Of a DNA stretch of 46,888 bases, positions 27,586 through 36,439 are shown piece by piece. Position numbers and translations under genes: made by a program. Position 1 is the first letter of the stretch. Every line of letters starts with the position of its first letter. The stretch covers positions 1 through 46,888 of the IMG/VR virus record IMGVR_UViG_3300005663_003087. One strand, written 5' to 3'. The DNA comes from a virus (taxonomy: Duplodnaviria; Caudoviricetes). The notes under the pieces were generated by a model. The model was not told where the DNA came from. It saw nothing but the letters and a program-made list of their open reading frames with translations, and did not search any database.

Positions 27586-28122
27586 GGTGTCGATCTCCTG
27601 GGCGTCATCATTGACGTCGTGGGTAATCGCCATCCGAGCAGCGGCAAGCTGCGCCGCGCCCTCATCAATGGCGGGGGTGTTGGTTAACGCCAGGTGCAGT
27701 AGGTCTAACGGCACACCGTTGGCGTCGTAGGGAAATACGGGGGAGAGGTAGCGGTATTCATTGGCGTCGATCGCTGCGCTGGCGGCGGCTGTCCAGGCTA
27801 TGGAGCCGTACAGGCCGTCTTCACGCCATTCAAGCGAGCGTGGGTCAAGCCAGCCGGATGCGGGTGCGGGCTTGCCATTCTTCTCGGCGTAAAGGGTTTG
27901 GTGTTCGTAGTCGAGGGCTATATCGGTACTGCGCCCAGCGGCCAAACGAATAATCGCTTGAGCGGCTTCGGCAGAGAGGTGCCAAGGGCCGTTGCCTTCA
28001 GCAGCCCCACGCGGTGCGTGAAAGGTGCCAGCAGGCATCAGGCGCGTTTTGTCGCTTGTGGTTTGCACGCTTAGGGCGCAAACAGCAACGCGGGGCTTGG
28101 AGTGAAGGCTGTGTGTAGTCAT
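27034..28122 (-). CDS. Mu gpI-like prohead protease
   Basis: LDYEHQ, APASGW, EYRYLSPVF and ALTNTPA motifs. Confidence 0.92.
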   Translation of the reverse strand: MTTHSLHSKPRVAVCALSVQTTSDKTRLMPAGTFHAPRGAAEGNGPWHLSAEAAQAIIRLAAGRSTDIALDYEHQTLYAEKNGKPAPASGWLDPRSLEWREDGLYGSIAWTAAASAAIDANEYRYLSPVFPYDANGVPLDLLHLALTNTPAIDEGAAQLAAARMAITHDVNDDAQEIDTVKREQLIQTLGLAAEATDEQIDTAIAALKAAQADADAFRTALGAKDDVKPSEAVAALKASSATAAPDMTDYVPMAVYQETTQQLAALKAGSETAELDTLIKEGLDDGRIPGQKTADWLRTKGIAACKAHLEGAPSIAALKSTQTQGKPPESTQAKDGELNEAELAVCKGMGLTAEQYRAANPA

Positions 28123-28128
28123 GCCCCC

Positions 28129-28179
28129 ATGATCGGGGGCTTAAGGCGGGGCGTGGATTTAAAGCGCTTTAGGAGTTTT
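28129..28179 (-). promoter_or_regulatory. Putative activator-dependent late promoter (head operon)
   Basis: AAAACTCCTAAAGCGCTT, 17/18 identical to the motif upstream of the holin. Confidence 0.6.
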
Positions 28180-28258
28180 TTCTGATGAGGGGTGGAGAAA
28201 AGATCGCGTTGCTGTTACTAAATAGGCTGAGGTTATTACATAAGAAAACGGGGGGAAT

Positions 28259-29062
28259 ATGCGAGACAGGGAAGCAAATATACTCATACTATGCAAAACG
28301 TATCCGAGCCCTAGCGCTAGATATCAAGAAACATCCTGTGTAGCAGGAATGGAAGAAGACGGTACTTTGATTCGCCTTTTCCCGGTTCCCTTTCGCTTGA
28401 TAAGCGGAGATCAGCAGTTTTCGAAATGGCAGTGGATATCGGCAAAGATTGAAAAAAGTCGTGATGATCATAGACCCGAGAGCCATAAATTGAAGGTAGG
28501 CTCGATTCAGCTTGGCGATTGCATACCCTCTGATGGTGACTGGAAGAATCGTCGCCATTATCTTGAGAAACTACCCGTTTTTGATAGCCCTGAAGACCTT
28601 GAGCTAGCACGTCAACGTGATGGCACAACTCTCGGATTGGTTCGAGTACAAAAAATTACTGACCTTACGCTTACCGAGCATAAAAATAAGGACTGGACTG
28701 AAGAAGAACGATCCAAGCTAGAACGAAGCCAACTTTCACTTCTAGATGATGAGCAAGGTGAAGTAAAAGTTCTGGAAAAAATACCTGTTGATTTTCATTA
28801 TCATTATGAATGCCCAAAACCTTCAGACGCTGCTCCTTTCAAGCATAAAATCGTGGATTGGGAGATTGGCGCACTATATAGAAATCTTATCAGATCTCAT
28901 GGTGAGGAAGGCTGGAAGTGTCCTTTCAAACATAAGCTACTTGAGGAACTACCAGCCAAAGATTTGATGTTTCTGATGGGCACCGTGCATCGGTTTCCTG
29001 GTCAGTGGCTAATTATCAGCTTGATCTACCCCCCTAAACAGCCACAGCAATCTCTTTTTTGA
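28259..29062 (+). CDS. Moron protein, DUF488-associated (possible dual-OB-like fold)
   Basis: KTYPSPS..Y.ETSCVAG...IRLFPVPFR; lower GC; opposite strand to the phage genes. Confidence 0.65.
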   Translation: MRDREANILILCKTYPSPSARYQETSCVAGMEEDGTLIRLFPVPFRLISGDQQFSKWQWISAKIEKSRDDHRPESHKLKVGSIQLGDCIPSDGDWKNRRHYLEKLPVFDSPEDLELARQRDGTTLGLVRVQKITDLTLTEHKNKDWTEEERSKLERSQLSLLDDEQGEVKVLEKIPVDFHYHYECPKPSDAAPFKHKIVDWEIGALYRNLIRSHGEEGWKCPFKHKLLEELPAKDLMFLMGTVHRFPGQWLIISLIYPPKQPQQSLF

Positions 29063-29495
29063 TAGCCAAATGCTTCACATGGAGATCGGGATTTAGTTTT
29101 TTACCCGCCTCTGCCACGAACCTTCTGTGACAGAACATAACGTCTGCCTCAAAACATATCAGGCAGGCGTTAATTTCAGAGGCTTCGTCGGCCACATCGC
29201 GAACTACATCTGCTTGGGTCTCAATGTAAGCCCTGAAGTGCTTCGTATAGTTTGCCCAGTCACCGTCTTTCTTATATTGATCCCGTATAGGCTTGGGGCA
29301 GCCAAGAGCTTTGACGTGTTCGTAATCAATACCTGATGACTTGAGCTTTTCCGCAAAAGACGTTTTTGAAAAACCTTTCTTGCGTGATACGGGAAGCTGG
29401 CGAACGTCCACTACCTTGTTGACACCTGCGTGACGCAGCCCTTGTAGAAAGCTGTCTATATCTAATCCTTCGTATCCTGCTGTGAATAGCGCCAT
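29034..29495 (-). CDS. DUF488-family protein
   Basis: FTAGYEG, VVDVRQLPVSRKKGFSK and CLICFEAD...CHRR motifs. Confidence 0.88.
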   Translation of the reverse strand: MALFTAGYEGLDIDSFLQGLRHAGVNKVVDVRQLPVSRKKGFSKTSFAEKLKSSGIDYEHVKALGCPKPIRDQYKKDGDWANYTKHFRAYIETQADVVRDVADEASEINACLICFEADVMFCHRRFVAEAGKKLNPDLHVKHLAIKKEIAVAV

Positions 29496-29690
29496 CGTGT
29501 TACCTCAAAAAAAACTACAGTATATATAATAGTATCTTCCATGCTCCGGAGGTCTTCGTCCAATGAATCCCTTTCAAATCCCCTAAATTGGAAATCTAAC
29601 GCGGGTCTAACGCGCCTATCTGTGAAAAGGCAGTGCAACGTAGCGGGTAGGGGCTTAGCGTCGCTTACAGGGCCACGTTAATGAAAAGGA

Positions 29691-30131
29691 TTAGAGACTT
29701 AGATGATCGGCGAGGATGGCCAGCACTTCGTCTTCATCGTCATCTGATTGCCCGATAATTTCCCGCCCTGGTATGTCGCCCCATAGATGAGGGAACTCCG
29801 CCTTAGTACCGCCCCAATGCATCATGGGCGCGTAGACCATCAAGCTGCCCCATTCGACGCTATCGCTAGTGGCGGAATAGCTGAACTGTTTGGAAAGCTC
29901 ATTGCTTTCGCCTTCCAGCACACGCCCATGGCCTTTGCGCTTTTCAGTGACGGGGGAGTTATCCTGCCAGGCACTGCCGTCCGGTGCTTCCTTATCTCTA
30001 AACCGCTGCTGGGTGCGGTTGATCATCTCTTCGCCGATGCTCTTCATCGGGGAGGTTAGGTCATCGCCTTTATTGAGCAGGTCTTGTATGGCGCGCTCGA
30101 CGGCCTCAGAACTAACGTTGATGGTACCCAT
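29691..30131 (-). CDS. Mu gpG-like virion morphogenesis protein
   Basis: RF..KEAPDGSAW, YAPMMHWGG and IPGREIIG motifs. Confidence 0.85.
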   Translation of the reverse strand: MGTINVSSEAVERAIQDLLNKGDDLTSPMKSIGEEMINRTQQRFRDKEAPDGSAWQDNSPVTEKRKGHGRVLEGESNELSKQFSYSATSDSVEWGSLMVYAPMMHWGGTKAEFPHLWGDIPGREIIGQSDDDEDEVLAILADHLSL

Positions 30132-30147
30132 GAAACTCTCCTATACT
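30118..30147 (+). promoter_or_regulatory. Sigma70-like promoter antisense to the late operon
   Basis: TTGATG(30118)-18 bp-TATACT(30142). Confidence 0.55.
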
Positions 30148-30153
30148 GTTAGC

Positions 30154-30241
30154 GCCTGTCCTCGGTATGGCTACCGACCCCTTCGCTGTCACGATTGCAG
30201 CGTTGATGAGGGCTAGCATGGGTGCCTCCTATGCGACAGGC
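30154..30241 (+). ncRNA. Candidate four-way-junction small RNA
   Basis: Closing stem GCCTGTC/GACAGGC with three internal hairpins; begins 7 nt after the -10 box. Confidence 0.6.
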
Positions 30242-30264
30242 TTAACCTCGCTTTACCTCCTTAC

Positions 30265-31419
30265 TTATCTCAAGCGCTCCGCTCCTGGCGGTGGCTGATC
30301 TGTGCGGCTCTTAAACAGTGTCAAAAAGTAGTTCTTCTTACCGTCTTCGGTGCGCTTGAGCGCGGCGCGGTAGGTGACGCCTTCAATGATCAGGTAGATC
30401 AAGCGGCCTGGGTCGTTGGGCATCCTATACACCTCGCCATCGTCAAGCAGCTGCTGCACACGGCGGTAGTCGTTGATACCGATCTCCGGGTGGCGTTCAC
30501 GGTGGGCGCTCAGGCTCTGCTGTGACAGCAGCACTACTGGCGAATCTGCCCCTAACACCTGGCGTTCTACGGGCGGTACCACCGCCACAGGATATTCACC
30601 GCGCATTTCACCATTCCAAAAGCGGTTGAATAACGGCGCTTCGACTAATTGCGCGACGTTCTCTCTAGCGATCGTTGCGTCAACGCTGTCCAGCCGGTTC
30701 AAGCGCGCAGCGATCGCACGCTCGGTCGCGGTTTGCCCTGGTGCATAATCCCAGCCGGGTTGCACGCCGTTTGGCACTGTATCGACTTCGCCGGTGGTGT
30801 TATCCACGTGCTCATAGGTGCCGTCATTCGGTGGTGTGTCCGGCGCGTCTTTGCCCAGGCGGCGCAGGCCGCGCTCGTTTAATGTTTCGACACCGCAGTT
30901 ACAGCCAAAGCCGTTGGGTGGGTAGTGCGCCTGCCACCATGGGTCATCGGCACGCAGCACCAGGCTGTTCCAGCGCTGGTGCTGCTGGCGTGGGTTCTCG
31001 ATGGTGTTGTGTACGTAACGCCAGTAAGGGCGCAAGCGCATCATGTCGGGGTCGGTCATCTGGGCCCAGCGACCAGCGGCGTAACTGGTATCTAAATTGG
31101 TCTTGTAGATAAGACGGGTACGCCAGGCGCGGCCCGTTTTACTGCCTTCGCCTGTCCAGCCCGTCCAACCTCGCTTCGATACGATCTCTTCAAACTGCTT
31201 GCGGAACTCGCCAAGGCTCTGGCCGTTGCTGATTGCGTTGTCCACCGCGCCGCGAAGATCCGCGAGTAGATCCGCCTTAGTGGCACCGGCCACCACAAAA
31301 GCGGCGTCGTTTTGGTCGCGGGTGATTTGGCCGCTGCGGGTCGTGGGCAGGTTCAGCTTGTTACGAAAGAACGTGACCTGCTCTGGGAACGAGCGGTTGA
31401 ACTGGGCACTAATCGGCAT
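30265..31419 (-). CDS. MuF (gpF) head protein with a C-terminal putative PBECR-type RNase domain
   Basis: AFVVAGA, IYKTNL..SY.AGRW and YPPNGFGCNC MuF motifs; extension SLSAHRERHPEI...YRAALKRT...YFLTLF. Confidence 0.85.
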   Translation of the reverse strand: MPISAQFNRSFPEQVTFFRNKLNLPTTRSGQITRDQNDAAFVVAGATKADLLADLRGAVDNAISNGQSLGEFRKQFEEIVSKRGWTGWTGEGSKTGRAWRTRLIYKTNLDTSYAAGRWAQMTDPDMMRLRPYWRYVHNTIENPRQQHQRWNSLVLRADDPWWQAHYPPNGFGCNCGVETLNERGLRRLGKDAPDTPPNDGTYEHVDNTTGEVDTVPNGVQPGWDYAPGQTATERAIAARLNRLDSVDATIARENVAQLVEAPLFNRFWNGEMRGEYPVAVVPPVERQVLGADSPVVLLSQQSLSAHRERHPEIGINDYRRVQQLLDDGEVYRMPNDPGRLIYLIIEGVTYRAALKRTEDGKKNYFLTLFKSRTDQPPPGAERLR

Positions 31420-33016
31420 TGCCGATTTCCTCATCGACCGTGGCTCTGCCTGCCAATGCAGCGGCCTCAAAGGCGATGGCCATCACATCGGCCAGCTCCG
31501 ATTCGTCCAGATCATCAAAGGCCGTGGCGATCATCTCTTGCAGCTGCTCTAGGCTTTCCGCTTGCTCTGTCAGCTGCTGCACCTGGTTAACCCATGCATT
31601 GATGATCGGCTGCGCTTGGTCATCGAGCTTGTCTAGGGTGGCGTCACGGTAATAGCTAGGCTGCCCTGGTTGCGTGGGAGCCTGGCGCAATGCGGCTAGC
31701 GGCTGCTGTGAGTGTGCCAAACGCAGCGCACCAAACGGGTTTGGCGCTGCCTTTGGCATCAGCACCTCTTCGTTTTCCTGCGCTTTGGGGATGCCGCTTT
31801 TCTCATGCAGCCACCACAGCGGGATCTTCGCGCCCATGTCCACAAAGATGGGCAGTGACTTCGATAGGCGTTCGAGGTCTTCAGTTTCGCCCGTATCTAA
31901 ATAGAACCTTGGGGCGCGCTGGGGCTTATCGATGCCGAAGTTGAGCGCGGCCATTGGCCATAGGATGCTCTTACGAATGCTGCCTGCGTATTGCCGTACA
32001 TCGGAGCGAATCAAGCTGGTTTGCCCACGCTCATGCACGTTGCCCAGCGCGTTGGTGTTCGTGCCTTCGCCGGTGCCGCTGGTGAGCGTGCCTCCTAGAA
32101 TCGCCTTGGCCTTGGCACGTTCGCACCAATCCATCATCGTTTTATAAATATCGGCAGAGCTGCCTTTACCCGCTGCCTCGGTGAAGTCGATGGCCATGCC
32201 TTCCGGGATTATCCCGGCGGCGTTCTGGCCTAGGGTAACCACGGCGCGCAGTAGCGTGGCTTTCTCTTTTTCGGTGGCGTTCTTCGGGTACTTACCGATG
32301 CGGGCCGGTAGGCCGTAGATTTCCAGCAACTGCGCCAGATCGCCCAGGGCGTAGTTCTGGAATAGGTAGGGCCACGCCAACATCCGGTGTAAACCCATGC
32401 GGGCCACGTAGCCACTCTTTGCGCGGTGGCGGTGCTGCACCCATCCCAGCGGCCACAATTCATCACCGGTGGCAGTATGGTCGCGTAGGGTGATGCAGTT
32501 CTGGTCATCCGGGTGTAAGCGGAACCATGAGTGGGGGCGGTGTGTGGGCTGCTCAACATAGCGCAGCGCACCATCGCGGCTCCAAGTTAACTCAAGGTTG
32601 GCATAGCCGTGGCCGATGCCGGTACCCAAGTCTAATATTAGGTCTTCGACTTCCATCGCGCTGAACACTTCAATGGCGTGTTCTGTTGCGCGCTTTTCCA
32701 CGGCGCTGGCACCGTCAGGCGGCACGATCTGCCACTCCAGCTCGGCGGCTAGCTGGCGACGTTTGCCAAGGTCGGCCCCGATCTGAGCATCCTTTTCTTC
32801 CATGTCATCGAACAGCTCGCTTTGCGCTTTCAGGTCGCCTTGCTCGGCGGCTTCCAGTATCTGGTACAGGCGCGCAGGCGTTAGCCCCTTAGTGGGGTGA
32901 TCGGCGAACTCGCGCTTTAGCTGCCCGATCCGGGCATCGTTGGTTTGTTCTTCCTCTAGCGCCTGGCTGCTTTCGCTGCCGAATAACCGCTTGATGAGTG
33001 CTTTAGGGCTTACCAT
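31409..33016 (-). CDS. Portal protein (Mu gp29/DUF935)
   Basis: LFDDMEEKD, EIYGLPARIGKY and KAILGGTLTS...ALGNVH motifs. Confidence 0.92.
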   Translation of the reverse strand: MVSPKALIKRLFGSESSQALEEEQTNDARIGQLKREFADHPTKGLTPARLYQILEAAEQGDLKAQSELFDDMEEKDAQIGADLGKRRQLAAELEWQIVPPDGASAVEKRATEHAIEVFSAMEVEDLILDLGTGIGHGYANLELTWSRDGALRYVEQPTHRPHSWFRLHPDDQNCITLRDHTATGDELWPLGWVQHRHRAKSGYVARMGLHRMLAWPYLFQNYALGDLAQLLEIYGLPARIGKYPKNATEKEKATLLRAVVTLGQNAAGIIPEGMAIDFTEAAGKGSSADIYKTMMDWCERAKAKAILGGTLTSGTGEGTNTNALGNVHERGQTSLIRSDVRQYAGSIRKSILWPMAALNFGIDKPQRAPRFYLDTGETEDLERLSKSLPIFVDMGAKIPLWWLHEKSGIPKAQENEEVLMPKAAPNPFGALRLAHSQQPLAALRQAPTQPGQPSYYRDATLDKLDDQAQPIINAWVNQVQQLTEQAESLEQLQEMIATAFDDLDESELADVMAIAFEAAALAGRATVDEEIGNAD

Positions 33017-34515
33017 GCGCCGCCTCCTATTCCAAAGCCTGTGGGTTCAATGTCGTCGCTGTCGCTGTCGTTGTCCTGGCGGCTGCCAGGCAGGGGCGCG
33101 GGGGTGAAGTCGATCTCAACGGCTTCCATCTCGGCGGCATGGTCTGCGAGAACACAGGCCATCGCACCATCGCCGTGGCGTTCGCCGCTGGTTTTGCCTT
33201 CCGGCAGGCGAGCGACACCACGCACCAATTTGAAGGCGCGGTGATCGTCTACCAGGTCATCGTCCTTAGGCAGTGTGATAGTGCCGTCTTCAAAGCGGGC
33301 CTTATAGCGGGGCATACGTTCGCGGTACCAGTTTTCGGTGGCCATCACTTGGTCAACGATTGAGCCCCATTTATCTGTGGCTGCCTCGCCCATGTAGGAG
33401 CCGTTACCTCGGCTGTCGATAGCGACGCCGCACAGGCGTGGTAGTGCGTCACCGATTGCAAACAACACTTGTTCCTGCTGCTTGAACGGAACGTTGTGCA
33501 TTTCCATTAGGAACGGCACGGTGCGGTGTAAGGTCTCGCCGATCTCCATAGGGGCAATAACCGAAAGGTCTCCGCTCCGGGCAAAGTCTTGCCCCAGGGC
33601 GTGCTGGCGGCGCGGGTTGAGTGTGGCCAGTACCGGCTTGAGGTTATCGATGATCCAGTCGGCCATTTGAGCGGCACGTAATGGTTCTGGCATGGCGTTA
33701 AATTCCCGCGTGCCGTTAAAGCGCAGCACTGGGGCTGGGGCCATGCATGCCTCAATCATTACCCGCGTTAGGTAGCTGCCCCCGCCCTGGGCAGGAATGC
33801 AAAATAGCTCTTCGTCTTCGTTAGGCTTGTAGCGGTTAATGAGCTGCTGACGCCACTGCGCTTCGCCTTCGCGTGTCCACGTTACCCCCGTGACTTTACA
33901 GATACGCTTGTAGAAGCCGTCGGCCAGGGCATCATCCAGATCGACACGGTGCAGGCTGTAGTCGTACTTGCCAGCACGAATGTCAGTGACCAGCTCATTG
34001 AACGGGTTTTCTTCACCGTTGTGGGTGCTGATGATGCGGATCTGGCCGCCCCAAATGGTCATGGCCATCGCGGCTTTCAGCAGTTCTTCGATGTCATCCA
34101 CGAAGGCCGCTTCGTCAATCACCAGGCGTTCGCCGGGTCGGCCTTTACTGCGTAGGTTGCGGGGGTTTGAGGTAAAGGCCTGGATCTGATTGCCACTGTC
34201 GAACTTGATGGTGTAACTGAGGATCTGCTTGTCTTCCGCTTCAATCACCGACTCTTCGATCTGGCTGGCAGCCGCTTGGTAGGCTTTGGCCCAACCGGCA
34301 CAATCCTGAATAAAGCCTTGGGTCATCTCTTTGTTGTAGGAGATGTAGTAGACGTTCGCGCCTGCACTGGATGCCGCATAAAGCACATCGTCCGCCGCTT
34401 CGCCGTATGAAAGACCGATACGGCGGGATTTCTCAATCACCTTGACGGGCGAGTTGTCGTTTACCCAGCGCTGCTGGTAGGGCAGCAGTACGCTTTGATC
34501 GATAGCTGCACTCAC
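33010..34515 (-). CDS. Terminase large subunit (Mu gp28-like)
   Basis: LLPYQ, EKSRRIGLS, VIDEAAF, ISTHNG, GQDFAR and RHGDG motifs. Confidence 0.93.
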   Translation of the reverse strand: MSAAIDQSVLLPYQQRWVNDNSPVKVIEKSRRIGLSYGEAADDVLYAASSAGANVYYISYNKEMTQGFIQDCAGWAKAYQAAASQIEESVIEAEDKQILSYTIKFDSGNQIQAFTSNPRNLRSKGRPGERLVIDEAAFVDDIEELLKAAMAMTIWGGQIRIISTHNGEENPFNELVTDIRAGKYDYSLHRVDLDDALADGFYKRICKVTGVTWTREGEAQWRQQLINRYKPNEDEELFCIPAQGGGSYLTRVMIEACMAPAPVLRFNGTREFNAMPEPLRAAQMADWIIDNLKPVLATLNPRRQHALGQDFARSGDLSVIAPMEIGETLHRTVPFLMEMHNVPFKQQEQVLFAIGDALPRLCGVAIDSRGNGSYMGEAATDKWGSIVDQVMATENWYRERMPRYKARFEDGTITLPKDDDLVDDHRAFKLVRGVARLPEGKTSGERHGDGAMACVLADHAAEMEAVEIDFTPAPLPGSRQDNDSDSDDIEPTGFGIGGGAW

Positions 34516-35069
34516 GACATACCCTCTAGGATTGCTGCACGTAACGCCGCCACCCCTGCATTGGAAAGCCCCTGGGCGCGACCTGCTGTTTCGGCTTTTT
34601 CTGCCGCTTCTTTAGCCACTTCCACGCGCAGTTCTTTAGCCCATTTCTTTTGGCTCAAGGAAACGCGGCCAATATCGGCCAGGGCTTTGGTCACGCTGGA
34701 AAGGTGCTTCGCTGCCACATCAGGTTCATGCTCGGCTTTACGCATCGCGATGGAGATACGCAGTAGCTGGTCTTGCACGATCCTGGCGGTTGCGTCGATC
34801 AAGTGGCCGCTTTCGTCTTCGCCTTCGCTCGCCATGGCTCGGGCTAGCTCTGTGGTTTTACGCACGTCGCCCATCGCTTCCTCGAACTCTTCCTGCAAGT
34901 CCTGGCCATAGCGATGCACGCTCGACTTGGAAACGTTATAACCGCGCTCGCTGAGCCAACCGGCTAACGCTTCGTAACCCTGAAAGCCACTGCTCACGAG
35001 CCGCTCGTTTAGCTGTTCGCGTACCTCTTGGGGTAGGTCGAATACCTTATTGCGAGGCGGCATGATCAA
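34512..35069 (-). CDS. Small terminase, Mu gp27/DUF3486-like
   Basis: KVFDLPQEVR...VSKSSVHRYG. Confidence 0.85.
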   Translation of the reverse strand: MIMPPRNKVFDLPQEVREQLNERLVSSGFQGYEALAGWLSERGYNVSKSSVHRYGQDLQEEFEEAMGDVRKTTELARAMASEGEDESGHLIDATARIVQDQLLRISIAMRKAEHEPDVAAKHLSSVTKALADIGRVSLSQKKWAKELRVEVAKEAAEKAETAGRAQGLSNAGVAALRAAILEGMS

Positions 35070-35365
35070 ACCCCTGGGCGTGGTTTAGCGACGCCTGGTA
35101 CGTTAGCGAGGCCTTGGGCACAGTCAGCCCCGCGAGAGGTTAAGGTGGCCACCCAGCCCACACGTGGTTGCTGGGTAATCACCAGGCCTTGCTCTTCAAG
35201 CCAAGCGAGATCACCGTGCAGCTTGTCGCGGCTGATGTGATGGGCATACGAACCTTTCAGCTCATCATTGAGTGAGTACTCATTCGTGGTGAACTGGTTG
35301 CGGCGCGAGAGAATCCGCAGGATTCCCAGGCGACGGCCCTCGGTTTCAAAGTCTTGGTAGCTCAT
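35066..35365 (-). CDS. Mu gp26-like winged-helix protein
   Basis: RRLGILRIL...DLAWLEEQGLV...LTSRGAD.AQG...PGV..P. Confidence 0.8.
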   Translation of the reverse strand: MSYQDFETEGRRLGILRILSRRNQFTTNEYSLNDELKGSYAHHISRDKLHGDLAWLEEQGLVITQQPRVGWVATLTSRGADCAQGLANVPGVAKPRPGV

Positions 35366-35707
35366 TTATCGGTTCCCCTTTTCCGTCAGCAGGTATTCAT
35401 GCAAGCGGTTGAGTAGTGCATTACTGGCGTGTACCTGCATTGCCAGTTCACCCACTGAGCGGTTCATACCCGCCATTTCGCCCCGTAGTTTTTCTATCTC
35501 GCTGTAGCCTGGACGGTTTTCCAGCGTTTGTTCTATGCGTGACACGTGGCGATCTACCTCATCTAACCGGATATGCACATCACGGATGGCAGTACTGGTG
35601 GCGCGGTTGCGGGTGGTCCACCACACGTAAACACCCACCGCTAGGAGGAAGCCATTCTTGAGCAGCTCGAAAATAAAGCGGGCATCCCATAAGTTTGTAA
35701 TTTCCAT
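35366..35707 (-). CDS. Mu gp25-like (DUF2730-like) membrane/coiled-coil protein
   Basis: N-terminal TM plus coiled coil; start MEITNL. Confidence 0.65.
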   Translation of the reverse strand: MEITNLWDARFIFELLKNGFLLAVGVYVWWTTRNRATSTAIRDVHIRLDEVDRHVSRIEQTLENRPGYSEIEKLRGEMAGMNRSVGELAMQVHASNALLNRLHEYLLTEKGNR

Positions 35708-35714
35708 GTTCCCC

Positions 35715-36089
35715 TCAGTCTTCGTCTTCTTCTTCGGTGCTGGCCACGCACTTGTCGGCGTGTTCGCGAACGCGGGAAAGCTTGAGCCAGCCACGCGTTG
35801 CCCAGTGGTGTAGATCGGTGATGTAGAGCGCGACGTCCTCCTGGGTGTAGTCACCCATCGGGCGCAGCGGTTGGCGTTCTGGTGCGGTCATGCCAGCAGG
35901 GGCTGCGCACATGTAGAGATTGATGGCTGGAAGCGTTGGCAGTGGTTCACTTGGCTTCTGAGCGCAGCCCGTTAACGCCACCATGGCCAGCGCAGCTAAC
36001 ACAGCTAACTGGCTAGCGCGGCGTTCTGGCCAAACCACTAACGCCACCAGGGCAGCAATGCTCAGCAAGACATGGAAAGTGATCGTCAT
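35715..36089 (-). CDS. o-spanin-like lipoprotein
   Basis: LTGC lipobox, Pro-rich; follows the i-spanin. Confidence 0.65.
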   Translation of the reverse strand: MTITFHVLLSIAALVALVVWPERRASQLAVLAALAMVALTGCAQKPSEPLPTLPAINLYMCAAPAGMTAPERQPLRPMGDYTQEDVALYITDLHHWATRGWLKLSRVREHADKCVASTEEEDED

Positions 36090-36439
36090 GGCAGGCGCTC
36101 CAAGGTATCGCGCAGCACTGGAGCTACATCACCATCGTCGCTGGCGGGTGAGCGCTGGATGCGTTGACGCAGGGCATCGTAGTCTTCTGCCTGCTCGGCG
36201 AGTTCTTCCTGAAGCGCTTGAATTGCGGCTTCGGCGTCTCGGTAACGTTGCTCGGCTTCGTCTAACTGGTCAGCGACCTCAGTGGCTTCCCGTAGCCATT
36301 CATCGCGCTGGTCTGTCATTTGCGATAGCGCTGAGCGTTCAAGCGCTAGTTCATTGGCGAGGTCTCTGGCCTGCCATGCCTTCCACGCAAAACCGATGGC
36401 CGCTGCGACAAATAAGATGGCGATTACACGCTGGAGCAT
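36086..36439 (-). CDS. i-spanin-like protein
   Basis: N-terminal TM plus coiled coil; follows the endolysin. Confidence 0.7.
   Translation of the reverse strand: MLQRVIAILFVAAAIGFAWKAWQARDLANELALERSALSQMTDQRDEWLREATEVADQLDEAEQRYRDAEAAIQALQEELAEQAEDYDALRQRIQRSPASDDGDVAPVLRDTLERLP

Noticed and set aside
29510-29540. Possible LexA box upstream of DUF488
   Set aside because: Does not fit CTG-N10-CAG; more likely an AT-rich -10 region
29595-29614. TCTAACGCG tandem, with TCTAACG also at 12580 and 12601
   Set aside because: Too short to assign a function without comparative data
30131-30212. Second hammerhead (TTGATGAG plus an upstream GAAAC)
   Set aside because: Core is imperfect, and no stem II/III arrangement places GAAA and a cleavage triplet correctly
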